Shown here: positions 34,748-45,213 of the stretch, piece after piece
Numbering within the stretch: the stretch's first letter is position 1
Layout of the letters: the number at the start of each line of letters is the position of its first letter
Position numbers and translations under genes: made by a program
Notes under the pieces: model-generated
What the model saw: only the letters and a program-made list of their open reading frames with translations
Told to the model about the DNA's origin: nothing
Database searches by the model: none
Assembly: GCA_963796275.1 (NCBI GenBank)
Contig: CAWCKY010000006.1
Coordinates: 1,888,001-1,952,000, forward strand
Length of the DNA stretch: 64,000 nt
Direction: 5' to 3'
Source of the DNA: an uncultured Acidobacteriota bacterium
Lineage (GTDB): Bacteria > Acidobacteriota > Blastocatellia > RBC074

Positions 34748-35374
34748 ATGAAGAGGTACGAGATGAAGCTCACTGATTTTGGATGGCAACAGCAGGAGAT
34801 GATCTTTCTGCGTGACGGTACGCCCATCCGGCTCCGGCCCATTCTCTCCCGAGACAAGCCGGAGGTCCTCCGGGCATTTGAGCGTCTCTCGATGCAGTCA
34901 CGATATCAACGCTTCTTCAGCTATTTGAGGGAGTTGAGCCCGTCACTGCTCGACTATCTGACCGATCTCAATTACGTCGATCATTTTGCGTATGGAGCAT
35001 TCGATATCGCTCAACCGGAACCGAAGCTGATCGGCGTCGCGCGTTATATCCGCCTGAAAGCTGAACCGCACTCTGCCGAGGCCGCCATCGCTGTCATAGA
35101 TGATTACCAACGTCGCGGTCTTGGCAAACAACTCTTATGCGCGCTGGCTGGCGCCGCGATCGGCAATGGCATCAGTCGCTTTCTGGGAAATGCGCTATGG
35201 GAGAATCGCCCGATGCTGGGTCTACTGCACCAGGCGAAAGCGCAGATAATTCCCGAAGGGTCGGGCGTATTGCGCTTCGTGGTCGACCTTTCCGTGATAT
35301 CGGAGAGAATTAATGCGCCAGACGGCTTCTTTGAATCCCTGCTTGAAACAATACCTGCCATTGCAGGAGAGTGA
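34748..35374 (+). CDS. GNAT-family N-acetyltransferase
   Basis: LRDGTPIRLRPI, RYQRFF, IGVARY and YQRRGLGKQLL motifs. Confidence 0.9.
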   Translation: MKRYEMKLTDFGWQQQEMIFLRDGTPIRLRPILSRDKPEVLRAFERLSMQSRYQRFFSYLRELSPSLLDYLTDLNYVDHFAYGAFDIAQPEPKLIGVARYIRLKAEPHSAEAAIAVIDDYQRRGLGKQLLCALAGAAIGNGISRFLGNALWENRPMLGLLHQAKAQIIPEGSGVLRFVVDLSVISERINAPDGFFESLLETIPAIAGE

Positions 35375-35890
35375 ACGCCATATGTCCGACCAGTGAAGCA
35401 AAATCTCTGTTACTTCGGGGGAAAATCCGAGTGCCATACGAACTCTCGCAATTATAGATCCCCTCATTTTCCCATCAATTGTGAATTCGTGGCGCAAGCC
35501 AACTGTTCTACCGCGGAACGTTGACGACTGAGTCATTCCTTGCTTTGTAGTAGATTCTTTCGTGTAGGATCAGATCATGCTACATTGTATATACACTAAG
35601 CCGCAGATGAATTATTGAACTCGGATTTTTCAACGGTTCTTAACTAGGGGCCTATTCCAACGAAAAATCATAGAGCATGCGATTGTACAGCCGCTTTCGC
35701 ACATCAGGCAGCGACGCTGGGGAATAAAAGTCCTTCGATATTTTTTAGATGCTGATGGGGCAAGAGATGCTGATGGGGAAGCCCGTGGCGTCTTTTCGAT
35801 TCATTCCGCAATGGAGTGTTGCTCAGATTCAGATAGCTAAATGACGAATAGAAAATAGAAATACGATACGGAGATATTACGGAGGTAATT

Positions 35891-38800
35891 ATGAAGAGAT
35901 GCAATCTCACTCTAGCCACTGTCCTTTTTTCGCTTATGCTGTTGGGCATCGCGATCATTTTCACTGCGCAGTCGATCTCGGCACAGGCCGTGAGCGGGAC
36001 GATCCTGGGGACGGTGAAAGACCCGAGCGGCGATGCGGTGGCCGGCGCAAAAGTCACGCTTAATCACACCGCGACAGGGTTCGTGCGAACGGTCGTCAGC
36101 GATGCCACCGGCGAATACATAGCTCCTTCGCTGCCGTCGGGCGCTTATACTATCTCAGCCGAGGCGAACGGCTTCAGAAAGCTCATCATGTCGAACGTGC
36201 GGCTCGATGTGGATCAGAAAGCGCGCGTAGATTTGAATTTGCAGCTTGGTGCAACCAGCGAGGAGGTCACGGTTGCGGGCGGGGCGGCGCTTGTCCAGGC
36301 CGAATCCTCGGACCTCAGCGGCACTGTCAGTGAGGCACAGATCAGGAACCTGCCGCTCAACGGCCGCGACTTCGTGCAGCTGACCCGCATCATTCCGGGC
36401 GTCCTGCGCGGCATTCCCGGCGCCAACATCGACGGCGCGGGCAGTCTGGCCTGGCGCGCGTCGGCGTCGTTTTCGGCTAACGGCATGCGGACACGCGATA
36501 ACAACTTCCTGCTCGACGGCGTAGACAACAACGAGACCTGGCTTAACTCTGTGGTTATTTTTCCCAGCGTCGATGCGCTCGAAGAGTTCAAGGTCCAGAC
36601 CAGCACCTACTCCGCCGAGTTCGGCCGGTCGAGCGGCGGCGTGGTCAATATCCAGATCAAATCCGGCGCCAACGATTTCCACGGCAACGCCTTCGAATTT
36701 CTGCGCAACGATAAGCTGGATGCCAACGACTTCTTCAATAACGCAAAAGGGGCCTCCAGGCCGCCCTTCAAACAGAACCAATTCGGCGCCACGTTCGGCG
36801 GGCGCATCATCCGAGACAAGACATTCTTCTTCATGGACTATCAGGGAGGCCGCATCCGCGACTCCAAGACCTATCTCTCGACTGTGCCGACCCAGAAGAT
36901 GCGGAACGGAGATTTTTCGGAACTATTGCGGGATATCAACGGAGATGGAGAACTGGACGGAAATATCTACGATCCGCTCACCGGCCTGCCTTTCGACGGC
37001 AACGTCATTCCGGCAGGCAGTATCGATCCGGCGGCACGGAACATCATCGACCAACTCTATCCCGAACCGAATGTCGCTGGACAACTATCCCCGACGGGGA
37101 GCGGGCAGATCATTAACAACTTCCTTTACAACCCCGTCCTCAAACGCCAGGACGATCAGTTCGACGTCAAGCTCGATCATTATCTCTCGCAGAAAAATCA
37201 CCTCTTCGGGCGTTACAGCTTTCAGCGAACCGACCGCTTTCTGCCCGCGACACTGCCGCATGGAGACTCGGGAACGACGTTCGGGGCAGGGAACGGGCTC
37301 ATCCGCGGTCAGAGCTTCGCCTTCAATGACATTCATACCTTCAGTCCGAAGTGGCTTAACGAGTTTCGCTTGGGCATCAGCCGCATCTCCTTCAAGGTGA
37401 CTTCGATCGATGCCGACACCAATCTGGCGGAACAGGTTGGCATCCCCGGAGTAAATATCAACGATACGGCGACGGCCATGTCTCAAATTCAGTTTTCGAG
37501 AAACGATTTGAACAGTGATATTCGGAACCTGGGCGCCAATTCGAATCAACCGCTGCTGACGTTTCTCGATACCTTCCAGCTCTTCGATAACGTGACCAAC
37601 ACGAGCGGGCGCCATACACTGAAGATGGGATTCAACTACACACGCCGCCGCCGCAATGTGCTCAATGTCGACAACATCGTCGGCAATTTCACTTTCAGGC
37701 CGGAGATGACCTCCGACTGCGCCGGCGGATTTAATCCCCTGTGCGACGGCGTTGGTGGGTTCTCCGTCGCCTCCTTCATGCTTGGTTATGCGAGCACCGT
37801 CAATCGCCAGTTGATGCAGGGCACCTTCGGCGAACGCCGGCCAGAATATGGAGCTTACATTCAGGATGATTTTCGCGTCTCGGACAAACTGACGCTCAAC
37901 CTCGGATTGCGTTACGACCTCTTCGTACCGTTTGTCGAGGTCTACGACCGGCAATCGAACTTCGATATCAGCACCGGCAGGTTCGTCGTAGCTTCAGAAG
38001 ACGCAGTCATCGACGGGCAGGAGGTCGGGCGGTACCTGCAGGTTGTCCCCAAAAAGGATTTCGCTCCGCGCTTCGGCTTCGCGTATGACGTCTTCGGGAA
38101 GGGGCGGACGATTTTGCGCGGCGGCTACGGCATCTTCTGGAACAATCCGCTGACCGGCACCTCGTCCGCCAAGCCGATCAATCCACCCTTCCTGCTTGCG
38201 CAATCGTTTGCCGAGAATCTTAAGCCTTTGTTCCGTTTAAGCAACGGTCTGCCGCCTCCGCCGGCACTCGATATCAATCGCCCGCCCTCGGGTGCGACGC
38301 GGTCTATCTTCGATCCCGATTTCCGGGACGGTTATGCGCAGCAGTGGAACCTGAACATCCAACAACAACTGAAGAGCGACTACGTGCTGGAGGTTTCTTA
38401 TGTCGGATCGAAGGGGACACACCTGGTCGTCAAACGCGACATCAACCAGGCGCCGCCCGTGGTTGGTGTGAGGGATCAAAACATCAATCGTCCATTCCCG
38501 GCGCTGCTCAGCCTGTCGCGTGTAGAGAGCAGCGGTAGTTCGAGCCACCACGCCCTGCTGACGAAATTCTCCAAGCGCTTCGGAAACGGCCTGCAGTTCG
38601 TCAATGCATATACCTTCGGCAAGACGATCGATACCGTCTCAGATACCGAGGGAACAGTGCAGAACGCCTATAATTTCGCGCGCGACCGCGCGGTCTCGGA
38701 CTTCGATGTCACGCACACCCTTACTACCAGCTGGAGCTATGACCTGCCTTTCGGCAAGGGCCGCGCGTTCGCCAGTAATCTGGGGAACGTGGCCGACAAA

Positions 38801-39253
38801 TTTATCGGCGGATGGCAACTGAGCGGGATTCTGCTCGTGCGCAGCGGATTGCCATTCACCGTCAATCAGCAGCAGAACGTGCTATCGACCGGCACTGCGA
38901 ATCGCCCGAATCGGATCGGATCTGGCGAACTGGATAATCCGTCGATCGAGCGATGGTTCGATATTTCTGCCTTCGATCAGACGCCGGATACTACGGGCAC
39001 CTATGGGAACTCCGGACGCAATATTCTGCGTGCGCCCGGGCAGACCAACCTCGACCTCTCGCTCGTCAAGGTGACGAGATTCCGCGAGCGCTTCGAGTAC
39101 CAGTTCAAGGTCGAGTTCTTCAACGCTCTCAATCAACCGCAATTCGCCGCGCCAGGCAACAATATTCGTTCGTCGAATGCGGGCGTGATCTCTTCCTTGC
39201 TCTTCAACAACCCGATGCGACAGATTCAATTGGCGATGAAGCTGAGCTTTTGA
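35891..39253 (+). CDS. TonB-dependent receptor (Oar-like, carboxypeptidase-regulatory N-terminal domain)
   Basis: Signal peptide; LPLNGRDF, FEFLRNDKLDA and DFAPRFGFAY motifs; C-terminal RQIQLAMKLSF. Confidence 0.93.
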   Translation: MKRCNLTLATVLFSLMLLGIAIIFTAQSISAQAVSGTILGTVKDPSGDAVAGAKVTLNHTATGFVRTVVSDATGEYIAPSLPSGAYTISAEANGFRKLIMSNVRLDVDQKARVDLNLQLGATSEEVTVAGGAALVQAESSDLSGTVSEAQIRNLPLNGRDFVQLTRIIPGVLRGIPGANIDGAGSLAWRASASFSANGMRTRDNNFLLDGVDNNETWLNSVVIFPSVDALEEFKVQTSTYSAEFGRSSGGVVNIQIKSGANDFHGNAFEFLRNDKLDANDFFNNAKGASRPPFKQNQFGATFGGRIIRDKTFFFMDYQGGRIRDSKTYLSTVPTQKMRNGDFSELLRDINGDGELDGNIYDPLTGLPFDGNVIPAGSIDPAARNIIDQLYPEPNVAGQLSPTGSGQIINNFLYNPVLKRQDDQFDVKLDHYLSQKNHLFGRYSFQRTDRFLPATLPHGDSGTTFGAGNGLIRGQSFAFNDIHTFSPKWLNEFRLGISRISFKVTSIDADTNLAEQVGIPGVNINDTATAMSQIQFSRNDLNSDIRNLGANSNQPLLTFLDTFQLFDNVTNTSGRHTLKMGFNYTRRRRNVLNVDNIVGNFTFRPEMTSDCAGGFNPLCDGVGGFSVASFMLGYASTVNRQLMQGTFGERRPEYGAYIQDDFRVSDKLTLNLGLRYDLFVPFVEVYDRQSNFDISTGRFVVASEDAVIDGQEVGRYLQVVPKKDFAPRFGFAYDVFGKGRTILRGGYGIFWNNPLTGTSSAKPINPPFLLAQSFAENLKPLFRLSNGLPPPPALDINRPPSGATRSIFDPDFRDGYAQQWNLNIQQQLKSDYVLEVSYVGSKGTHLVVKRDINQAPPVVGVRDQNINRPFPALLSLSRVESSGSSSHHALLTKFSKRFGNGLQFVNAYTFGKTIDTVSDTEGTVQNAYNFARDRAVSDFDVTHTLTTSWSYDLPFGKGRAFASNLGNVADKFIGGWQLSGILLVRSGLPFTVNQQQNVLSTGTANRPNRIGSGELDNPSIERWFDISAFDQTPDTTGTYGNSGRNILRAPGQTNLDLSLVKVTRFRERFEYQFKVEFFNALNQPQFAAPGNNIRSSNAGVISSLLFNNPMRQIQLAMKLSF

Positions 39254-39302
39254 TTGATAACTCATATCCGTTATTCCGAAACGCCTGACATTGGACATCG
39301 GA

Positions 39303-39383
39303 ATTCACCACGGAACGGCACGTATGCGACGGATCACTACAGGTGGTAAATATCCGTCGCATCCGTGTCGATTCGTGATGGAT
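39303..39383. terminator. Long hairpin after the TonB receptor gene (ATTCACCAC-family palindrome)
   Basis: ATGCGACGGAT/ATCCGTCGCAT core stem with extended imperfect arms. Confidence 0.55.
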
Positions 39384-39516
39384 ATCTATCTGAAAATCAC
39401 TTTTCCAGACGGCTTCTTTGAATCTCCGCCCGCAACGATACCCGCCATCTGCCGTCGAAAATCCTTTTGACAAGCCACCTTCCGTCTATTATTCTGTGAC
39501 ACGGAGAAAATAACGA

Positions 39517-40005
39517 ATGATCGACGGTATTGATACTCGAATTCTGAATATCATGCAGAAAGATGCCAGAATAACGAATGCCGAGATTGCAAGGCAGGTC
39601 GGTCTCGCTCCGTCCGCTGTATTGGAGCGTGTGCGAAAGCTTGAGGAGAGCGGAGTCATACGCGGGTACGCGACGGAGGTAGATGCGGCGCAGGTTGGGT
39701 ATGGTTTAACGGCGTTTGTGTTTGTGCGAACAATCAGTTGCGGGACGATCGATGGCGTTCTGGCGGCGATTCCCGAAGTTTTGGAAGTTCACGATGTGGC
39801 CGGGGAAGACTGCTATTTGCTTAAAGTCCGCGCGAAAGATACGGAAGAACTCGGGAAACTGCTCCGCGATAAATTGAAGCCGATACCGGAGATTATATCG
39901 ACACGAACGACCGTGGTGTTACAGACGATCAAGGAGACGATCGCTCTGCCGATCGCGGAGATCGAAAAAACGGAAATAGCAAAACACGTCCGCAAAAATA
40001 AATAA
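39517..40005 (+). CDS. Lrp/AsnC-family regulator
   Basis: DARITNAEIARQVGLAPSAVLERVRKLE and HDVAGEDCYLLKV motifs. Confidence 0.93.
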   Translation: MIDGIDTRILNIMQKDARITNAEIARQVGLAPSAVLERVRKLEESGVIRGYATEVDAAQVGYGLTAFVFVRTISCGTIDGVLAAIPEVLEVHDVAGEDCYLLKVRAKDTEELGKLLRDKLKPIPEIISTRTTVVLQTIKETIALPIAEIEKTEIAKHVRKNK

Positions 40006-40127
40006 ATGAAGGCTGTGCAATAACAACCGAGGTTGATTGGCACATCCTCTCAATAAATATGACTCGCAGATCGATTCAAGATATTTAAAGCTATTGAATG
40101 ATCGATGAGTCGAGCAGGAGAAGAGAG

Positions 40128-41126
40128 ATGAAGAATAATGGGATCGAAAAAATCGATCCGAAGCGGAGTATTGTTCTATTTATTGCGGCCTTTGCAGCTG
40201 TATACATCCTCTGGGGATCGACCTATCTTGCCATCAAATACGTAATTGAAACCTTGCCGGCATTTATCAGCACAGGGACGCGTTTTTTAACCGCGGGCAC
40301 TGTGCTTTTCTTGACGGGGCGATTAGCCAAGAACTATGAAAGACCTACCCTCACGCATTGGCGGGCGAGTTTCGTAGTCGGAACGCTCTTGTTTTTATGT
40401 GGTACCGGCGGAGTTGTCGTGGCTGAGCATTACATCACGTCGAGTCTGGCGGCTTTACTTGTCGCAACGGAGCCGTTTTGGATTGTGATCTTGAGCTGGC
40501 TCTGGCTCAAAGGGCCGCGTCCGAACCTGAAGGTCGCACTGGGTCTTTTCATCGGTTTCGTCGGCGTTTATTTATTGATCGGCGGCACCGGTGCCGGCCA
40601 TACCGGGCATGGTACTAATCAGCTTTTCGGCACTGTTCTGATTATCGCGGCAGCATTCTGTTGGGCAGCCGGTTCTATTTACGGCGTGCGCGCTCCTGTA
40701 CCGAAATCACCGATTCTGGCGGCGGGTATGCAAATGATTGCTGGCGGTTCCATGTTACTGATATTCGGAACGGTGAGAGGTGAGTGGACCGATTTTGATA
40801 TTGCCGCCGTCTCACGCTCTTCCTGGCTCGGGCTCGCATATTTACTGATATTCGGTTCGCTTATCGCCTTTACGGCATACAGCTGGCTGCTCAAAAATAC
40901 GCACCCGGCGCTGGTCGCCACCTATGCTTATGTCAATCCGGTAGTTGCGGTGATATTGGGTTGGGCGGTAGCCGGCGAATCATTCTCCGCACAGATGTCA
41001 CTCGGCGCGGGAGTGATTGTCGGTTCGGTTGTGCTGATCACATCGCAGTCCTCGCAAGCGATTGTAGACGAGAAGATCGACCGAATTGATAGCCCTGCTG
41101 AAAACTGCCCCTCATACACGGCATAA
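40128..41126 (+). CDS. EamA/DMT-family transporter (YedA-like)
   Basis: VYILWGSTYLAIK and TYAYVNPVVAV motifs; AGGAG RBS. Confidence 0.92.
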   Translation: MKNNGIEKIDPKRSIVLFIAAFAAVYILWGSTYLAIKYVIETLPAFISTGTRFLTAGTVLFLTGRLAKNYERPTLTHWRASFVVGTLLFLCGTGGVVVAEHYITSSLAALLVATEPFWIVILSWLWLKGPRPNLKVALGLFIGFVGVYLLIGGTGAGHTGHGTNQLFGTVLIIAAAFCWAAGSIYGVRAPVPKSPILAAGMQMIAGGSMLLIFGTVRGEWTDFDIAAVSRSSWLGLAYLLIFGSLIAFTAYSWLLKNTHPALVATYAYVNPVVAVILGWAVAGESFSAQMSLGAGVIVGSVVLITSQSSQAIVDEKIDRIDSPAENCPSYTA

Positions 41127-41165
41127 TCTAATTAGTTTGTAAGGCCGAACATTGCTTGCGCGCAC

Positions 41166-41570
41166 CTAATTTCGCAACGGAAGGATGGCGCGCAAGCGAT
41201 TGTCGCGCAGGTAATACCCTCCCCAGAGCAACACGCCGATAATGACGGGAAAGATGATTGAGAACAACGGGCTGCCGGTGCGCACGTGGGTCGCGACTGC
41301 GCCCCCGAGATAACCCGTCAGCAGGATCGCGCCGATAAAGGCCGTCCGGGGGATCGCGTAAATTACCGTGCTGGCGAGCAGGACGATCCCAAGGCCGACA
41401 ATGACGCTCTCTGGATATCCGAGTTGTACAGTGGTGGTCACAACCACGGGTGGTTTTATTAATTTTAGGATGCCGTCCATGAGCAGAAACAGTACAGGAA
41501 GCGCGCTGATGATGCGTCCTGTCCAAAGTCTCGCCGGCGAGACCCCTGAATGCTGAATGCCTGATTGCAT
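41166..41570 (-). CDS. DoxX-family membrane protein
   Basis: Paralog of 3599..4000 (IYAIPRTAFIGAILLTGYLGGAVATHVR). Confidence 0.88.
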   Translation of the reverse strand: MQSGIQHSGVSPARLWTGRIISALPVLFLLMDGILKLIKPPVVVTTTVQLGYPESVIVGLGIVLLASTVIYAIPRTAFIGAILLTGYLGGAVATHVRTGSPLFSIIFPVIIGVLLWGGYYLRDNRLRAILPLRN

Positions 41571-41662
41571 GTTTTCCTTCCCTTAAAAAGTATATATGCT
41601 CCGCTAGACTTCGGAGTCAAATTCGGATACCGATTTACCGGAGACAGTGAAATATGCCTGAA

Positions 41663-41850
41663 CTATTTCCGGTTTGTGTTTATGCTTCTTCCGGAGGCGC
41701 CCTTGAGAGCCATCTCGCGCAACAGGCGGCGGTGAATCTTGCCTGTGGGACCGAGCGGGAGCTCCTGCTTGAAGTAGATCGAATCGGGTATCTTCCAATC
41801 GGCCAGCCGTTCGAGAAGAATTCCCGTAGATCGTCGACAGTTGCGGCTGC
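41663..41850 (-). pseudogene. C-terminal fragment of an AMP-binding (acyl-CoA synthetase) enzyme
   Basis: ERLADWKIPDSIYFKQELPLGPTGKIHRRLL contains the A10 lysine motif; rest of the gene absent. Confidence 0.75.
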
Positions 41851-41872
41851 GCCTGCCTTGAGAAGGCAAATC

Positions 41873-43279
41873 TTACCAGAAATGGGCAGCGAGCACCTTT
41901 GGTGGTCCGTTTGCCCCGGAAATCACCTTGGTGGAAAGTACTACCTGCATATTTTTGCGATACCAGTCGCGCGGCGCATGACTCAACGCCTCAGAAAAAT
42001 ATGCCTGATTCGTAAGGAACTCTCCTGCCGCGTGCGTGCCGTAATGCGTGATTCCGGCGGCGATCACGACCGTCTTTTCGGTCGTCGGATTGATGACTCG
42101 CGTAACGATGGCGTAATCAGACGGGATTTTCCAATGGGGCCACGAATTCACAACTTTCCAGTCGGTTTTTCCCGGATTCTGCCGGTCGTTGACGAATTCG
42201 GCACTGTTCCGGTAATCGATATCGAAGTAAAAACGCAGCTCGCCGGCCAAACTCATCGTCCACTCGTTATTGAATGCGCCGATCAGGACGCACGGTTTCG
42301 ATCTCAGGTCATCCAGCGAAATAGACCGAACGCCGCGTAACTGAGCATTATTGCCCCTTCTCGAAAACAGATTGGCAATCTCCGAGAACGCCTGCGCATC
42401 TCCCAGCCCGACATAACGATCCCACATTGGCACGACATCTAGCAGTGATAGAGTCGCAAGCTCCGGCGGCGGTTTTTGTCTTCCTGACCCGGCCGCTCCG
42501 CTCGCCCCGATCGCCTCACCTGTTTCGTTTGCCCCATTCTCCCCACTCGCCCCATTTGCTCTATTTGCTTCGGTTGTCCTGATTGCATCGTTTGCCCGGT
42601 TTGCCCTGTTTGCCGCGGTTGCCCCGTCTGTCCCGTCAGGCCCTGTTGTAAACCATTTCTCCAATTCGAGCTGTGCCTTCGAGTTGAAATTGTATGTCTT
42701 GGGCTGGCCTATGCATACGAGCACGTTTTCCTGCGGATCGAGCACCGGAGCCCAGAAGCGGTCCAAATCTGTTTTCCGTAAGCTCAGTGACAGAAACACA
42801 GCTGCCGCAATAGCGATTCCGGCAAATGCGACAAAGACCCATCTCAAATTGACGATCGAACGGCGTGCGACAACGGTCTCGATCTTTACCGCCGGCAGGT
42901 GAATCTCAGGAAGGTATGAACCGGCCGGTAGACTAATTCGGGGCTCATCCTCATGTCCCGGTTCAAGGTAATACTGCGCCAGCCGCTTGCGGACTTCTCC
43001 CGCCGTTGTGCGAACTACCGGATCCTGATTTGTATCGTAATGCGGATCCCGCTCGAATACCTCGATTCCCAACGCACGTTCCTTCAACCCTTCAAAGTGA
43101 TTCTCGCTGGCGCGTTCCACCACATATCGTAAAAATTGCGAACACCTCTTGCTTGACCGAAATTGTGGGCTTTCTAAGATTCTAGTTAGCTGCGCGAGGG
43201 CGGGCTGCCTGACCACTTCAGACCAGACTGAGGGAACTCCCTGGCTATCTCTACCTGAGTGTTTGTCGGATGGGCCCAT
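41873..43279 (-). CDS. Membrane-anchored putative regulator (N-terminal wHTH-like domain, one TM, periplasmic domain)
   Basis: LTRILESPQFRSSKRCSQFLRYVV...LGIEVFER...DPVVRTTAGEVRKRLAQYY; TM segment WVFVAFAGIAIAAAVFLSL. Confidence 0.7.
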   Translation of the reverse strand: MGPSDKHSGRDSQGVPSVWSEVVRQPALAQLTRILESPQFRSSKRCSQFLRYVVERASENHFEGLKERALGIEVFERDPHYDTNQDPVVRTTAGEVRKRLAQYYLEPGHEDEPRISLPAGSYLPEIHLPAVKIETVVARRSIVNLRWVFVAFAGIAIAAAVFLSLSLRKTDLDRFWAPVLDPQENVLVCIGQPKTYNFNSKAQLELEKWFTTGPDGTDGATAANRANRANDAIRTTEANRANGASGENGANETGEAIGASGAAGSGRQKPPPELATLSLLDVVPMWDRYVGLGDAQAFSEIANLFSRRGNNAQLRGVRSISLDDLRSKPCVLIGAFNNEWTMSLAGELRFYFDIDYRNSAEFVNDRQNPGKTDWKVVNSWPHWKIPSDYAIVTRVINPTTEKTVVIAAGITHYGTHAAGEFLTNQAYFSEALSHAPRDWYRKNMQVVLSTKVISGANGPPKVLAAHFW

Positions 43280-43689
43280 GATAAAAATCCTATCATGCGG
43301 TTTCGTAGCATACTAAGTCAGAGGTACAGTACGTTCATGTTGAGCCACGATGGACCGTATGATTTAAAAGGACTTGCTTGTTGTATCACGTACAGTACCG
43401 TAAAACACTTGATATTTTCTTACCTTAAATGTAATGCCTCGATTGATTGTATATATCAACCCAGGCGTACAAACAATTAGAATCGGAAATTTACGACAAA
43501 AATCATAAAGGGACAAAAACACAAATTCGGTCAGAGTAAAAAACTACTCTTCCGTTCATTAGAACATTCCCTTTGGCGTCTTGCGTATTTGTTCCTTTTG
43601 CGATTTTTTATCTGAGGTTCAACAAAGCAAAGGAGAATGTATATATGTGTAACGCGGACCTATACAAAAATCGACGCAGGTCGCGAATT

Positions 43690-44920
43690 ATGAAGACCTT
43701 GTTATTAGCGTTTTTCACATTGGCGATGGCTGTGACGGCAGCGGCGGCGCCGGTAGGACAGACGATCTGGATCAGGGGAATGGCAACTGGCAGGTATGTA
43801 TCGGCGGACCAAAACCGAGGCGCGTTTGCCCCGCTTGTAGCCGACCGTACGGCGCCCGGTGGGTGGGAACAGTTTCAGGTGATTGACGTTGGAGGAGGTT
43901 TTGTAGCGTTAAGGTCAGTCGGAAACGGCCGGTACGTTTCGGCAGAATCTTGACCGCGGCGCGTTTGCTCCGCTCGTTGCCGACCGTACTGCTGCGAGCA
44001 CTTGGGAGCACTTTGCATGGGCCGATCTTTCAAACGGCGCATTCACGATGAGAGGAAGGGTGACCGGGCGGTTTGTGTCTGCGGATATGAGCCGCGGTGC
44101 TTTTGCGCCGCTTGTCTCGGACCGTACGGCTGCCAGCAACTGGGAGACGTTTACCTGGGGTACGGTCTCCAGCACACCTCCGCCTCCGACTCCGGGAGCG
44201 CCTCCGGGATTCCCCACATTGGTCTGGTCTGATGAGTTCAATGGGTCGACGATCAATACGGCTAATTGGACTTACGACCTCGGGAACAGCGGTTTCGGTA
44301 ACAACGAGCTGCAGAATTATACAAATCGCGCGGAAAACGCACGCATTGAGAACGGAATGTTGGTGATCGAGGCTCGCCGGGAGAACCTCGGAGGGAGCGC
44401 CTATACATCGGCTCGACTGAAGACGCAAGACCGTCGATCCTTTGGTGTCAACACATGGGTCGAAGCGCGCATACAGTCACCTCAGGGGCAAGGCATATGG
44501 CCGGCCTTCTGGATGCTGGGCAACTCGATCAGCACGATCGGTTGGCCTTTTTGCGGAGAGATCGACATTATGGAGATACGAGGCCAGAACCCATTCCAGA
44601 ATGTCGGCACGATGCATTGGGAAGCCAACGGCTCGCACGCCTCATTTGGGACCACCATTAACTCACCTGTCTCTCTGGCTGCCGGGTTCCACACATTCGC
44701 TATTTCTCGCACCCCAACAGTCATGAGATGGTACCTGGACGGACAGCAATATCACGAAGCTAACATCGCGAACGGAATCAACAGCACCGGAGAGTTTCAG
44801 GACCAATTCTTTATCATCCTCAACGTTGCGGTGGGAGGCAATTTCGTCGGAAGCCCGAATGCCGGCACCCCCTTCCCGCAGCGGCTGCAGGTGGATTACG
44901 TCAGGGTCTGGGGGCAGTGA
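43690..44920 (+). CDS. Secreted GH16 (laminarinase-like) with an N-terminal fascin-like beta-trefoil, split by a +1 frameshift
   Basis: Three GRYVSAD..RGAFAPLVADRTA...WE.F repeats; WPAFW and EIDIME catalytic motifs; extra A at 43946-43947. Confidence 0.9.
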
Positions 44921-44954
44921 AACATAATATCAGGCGATAATGCAGTACAGGGGA

Positions 44955-45003
44955 AGCGACCTGAGCTATGGCGTGCTGCCATTTTATCAAAGTTCAGGTC
45001 GCT
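44955..45003. terminator. Hairpin downstream of GH16
   Basis: AGCGACCTGA/TCAGGTCGCT 10-bp inverted repeat; no clear U-tract. Confidence 0.4.
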
Positions 45004-45213
45004 CTCGTAATGCCCCGTGCACTGAGGCCTTCATTACCCATACCGAATCGTCGATTGCAACATGGCGCGCCTCAACCACCTGCGCTTTGGCAGTGAACCG
45101 GCAACCTTTATAAAGCATATATCAACCTCATGGTTTGGCTTTTGCCGCGCCGCCTTATATCATTCCTCAACAAACCAGCCTAAGATACATTAGAAATCAA
45201 TCCGGAGGGATAA

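Noticed and set aside
35375-35890. Cobalamin or other riboswitch before the TonB receptor
   Set aside because: No recognisable B12-box or other aptamer consensus by eye
45131-45145. sigma54-like GG-N10-GC before the ketosynthase
   Set aside because: Poor -24 match and lacks the UAS seen in the three-copy module
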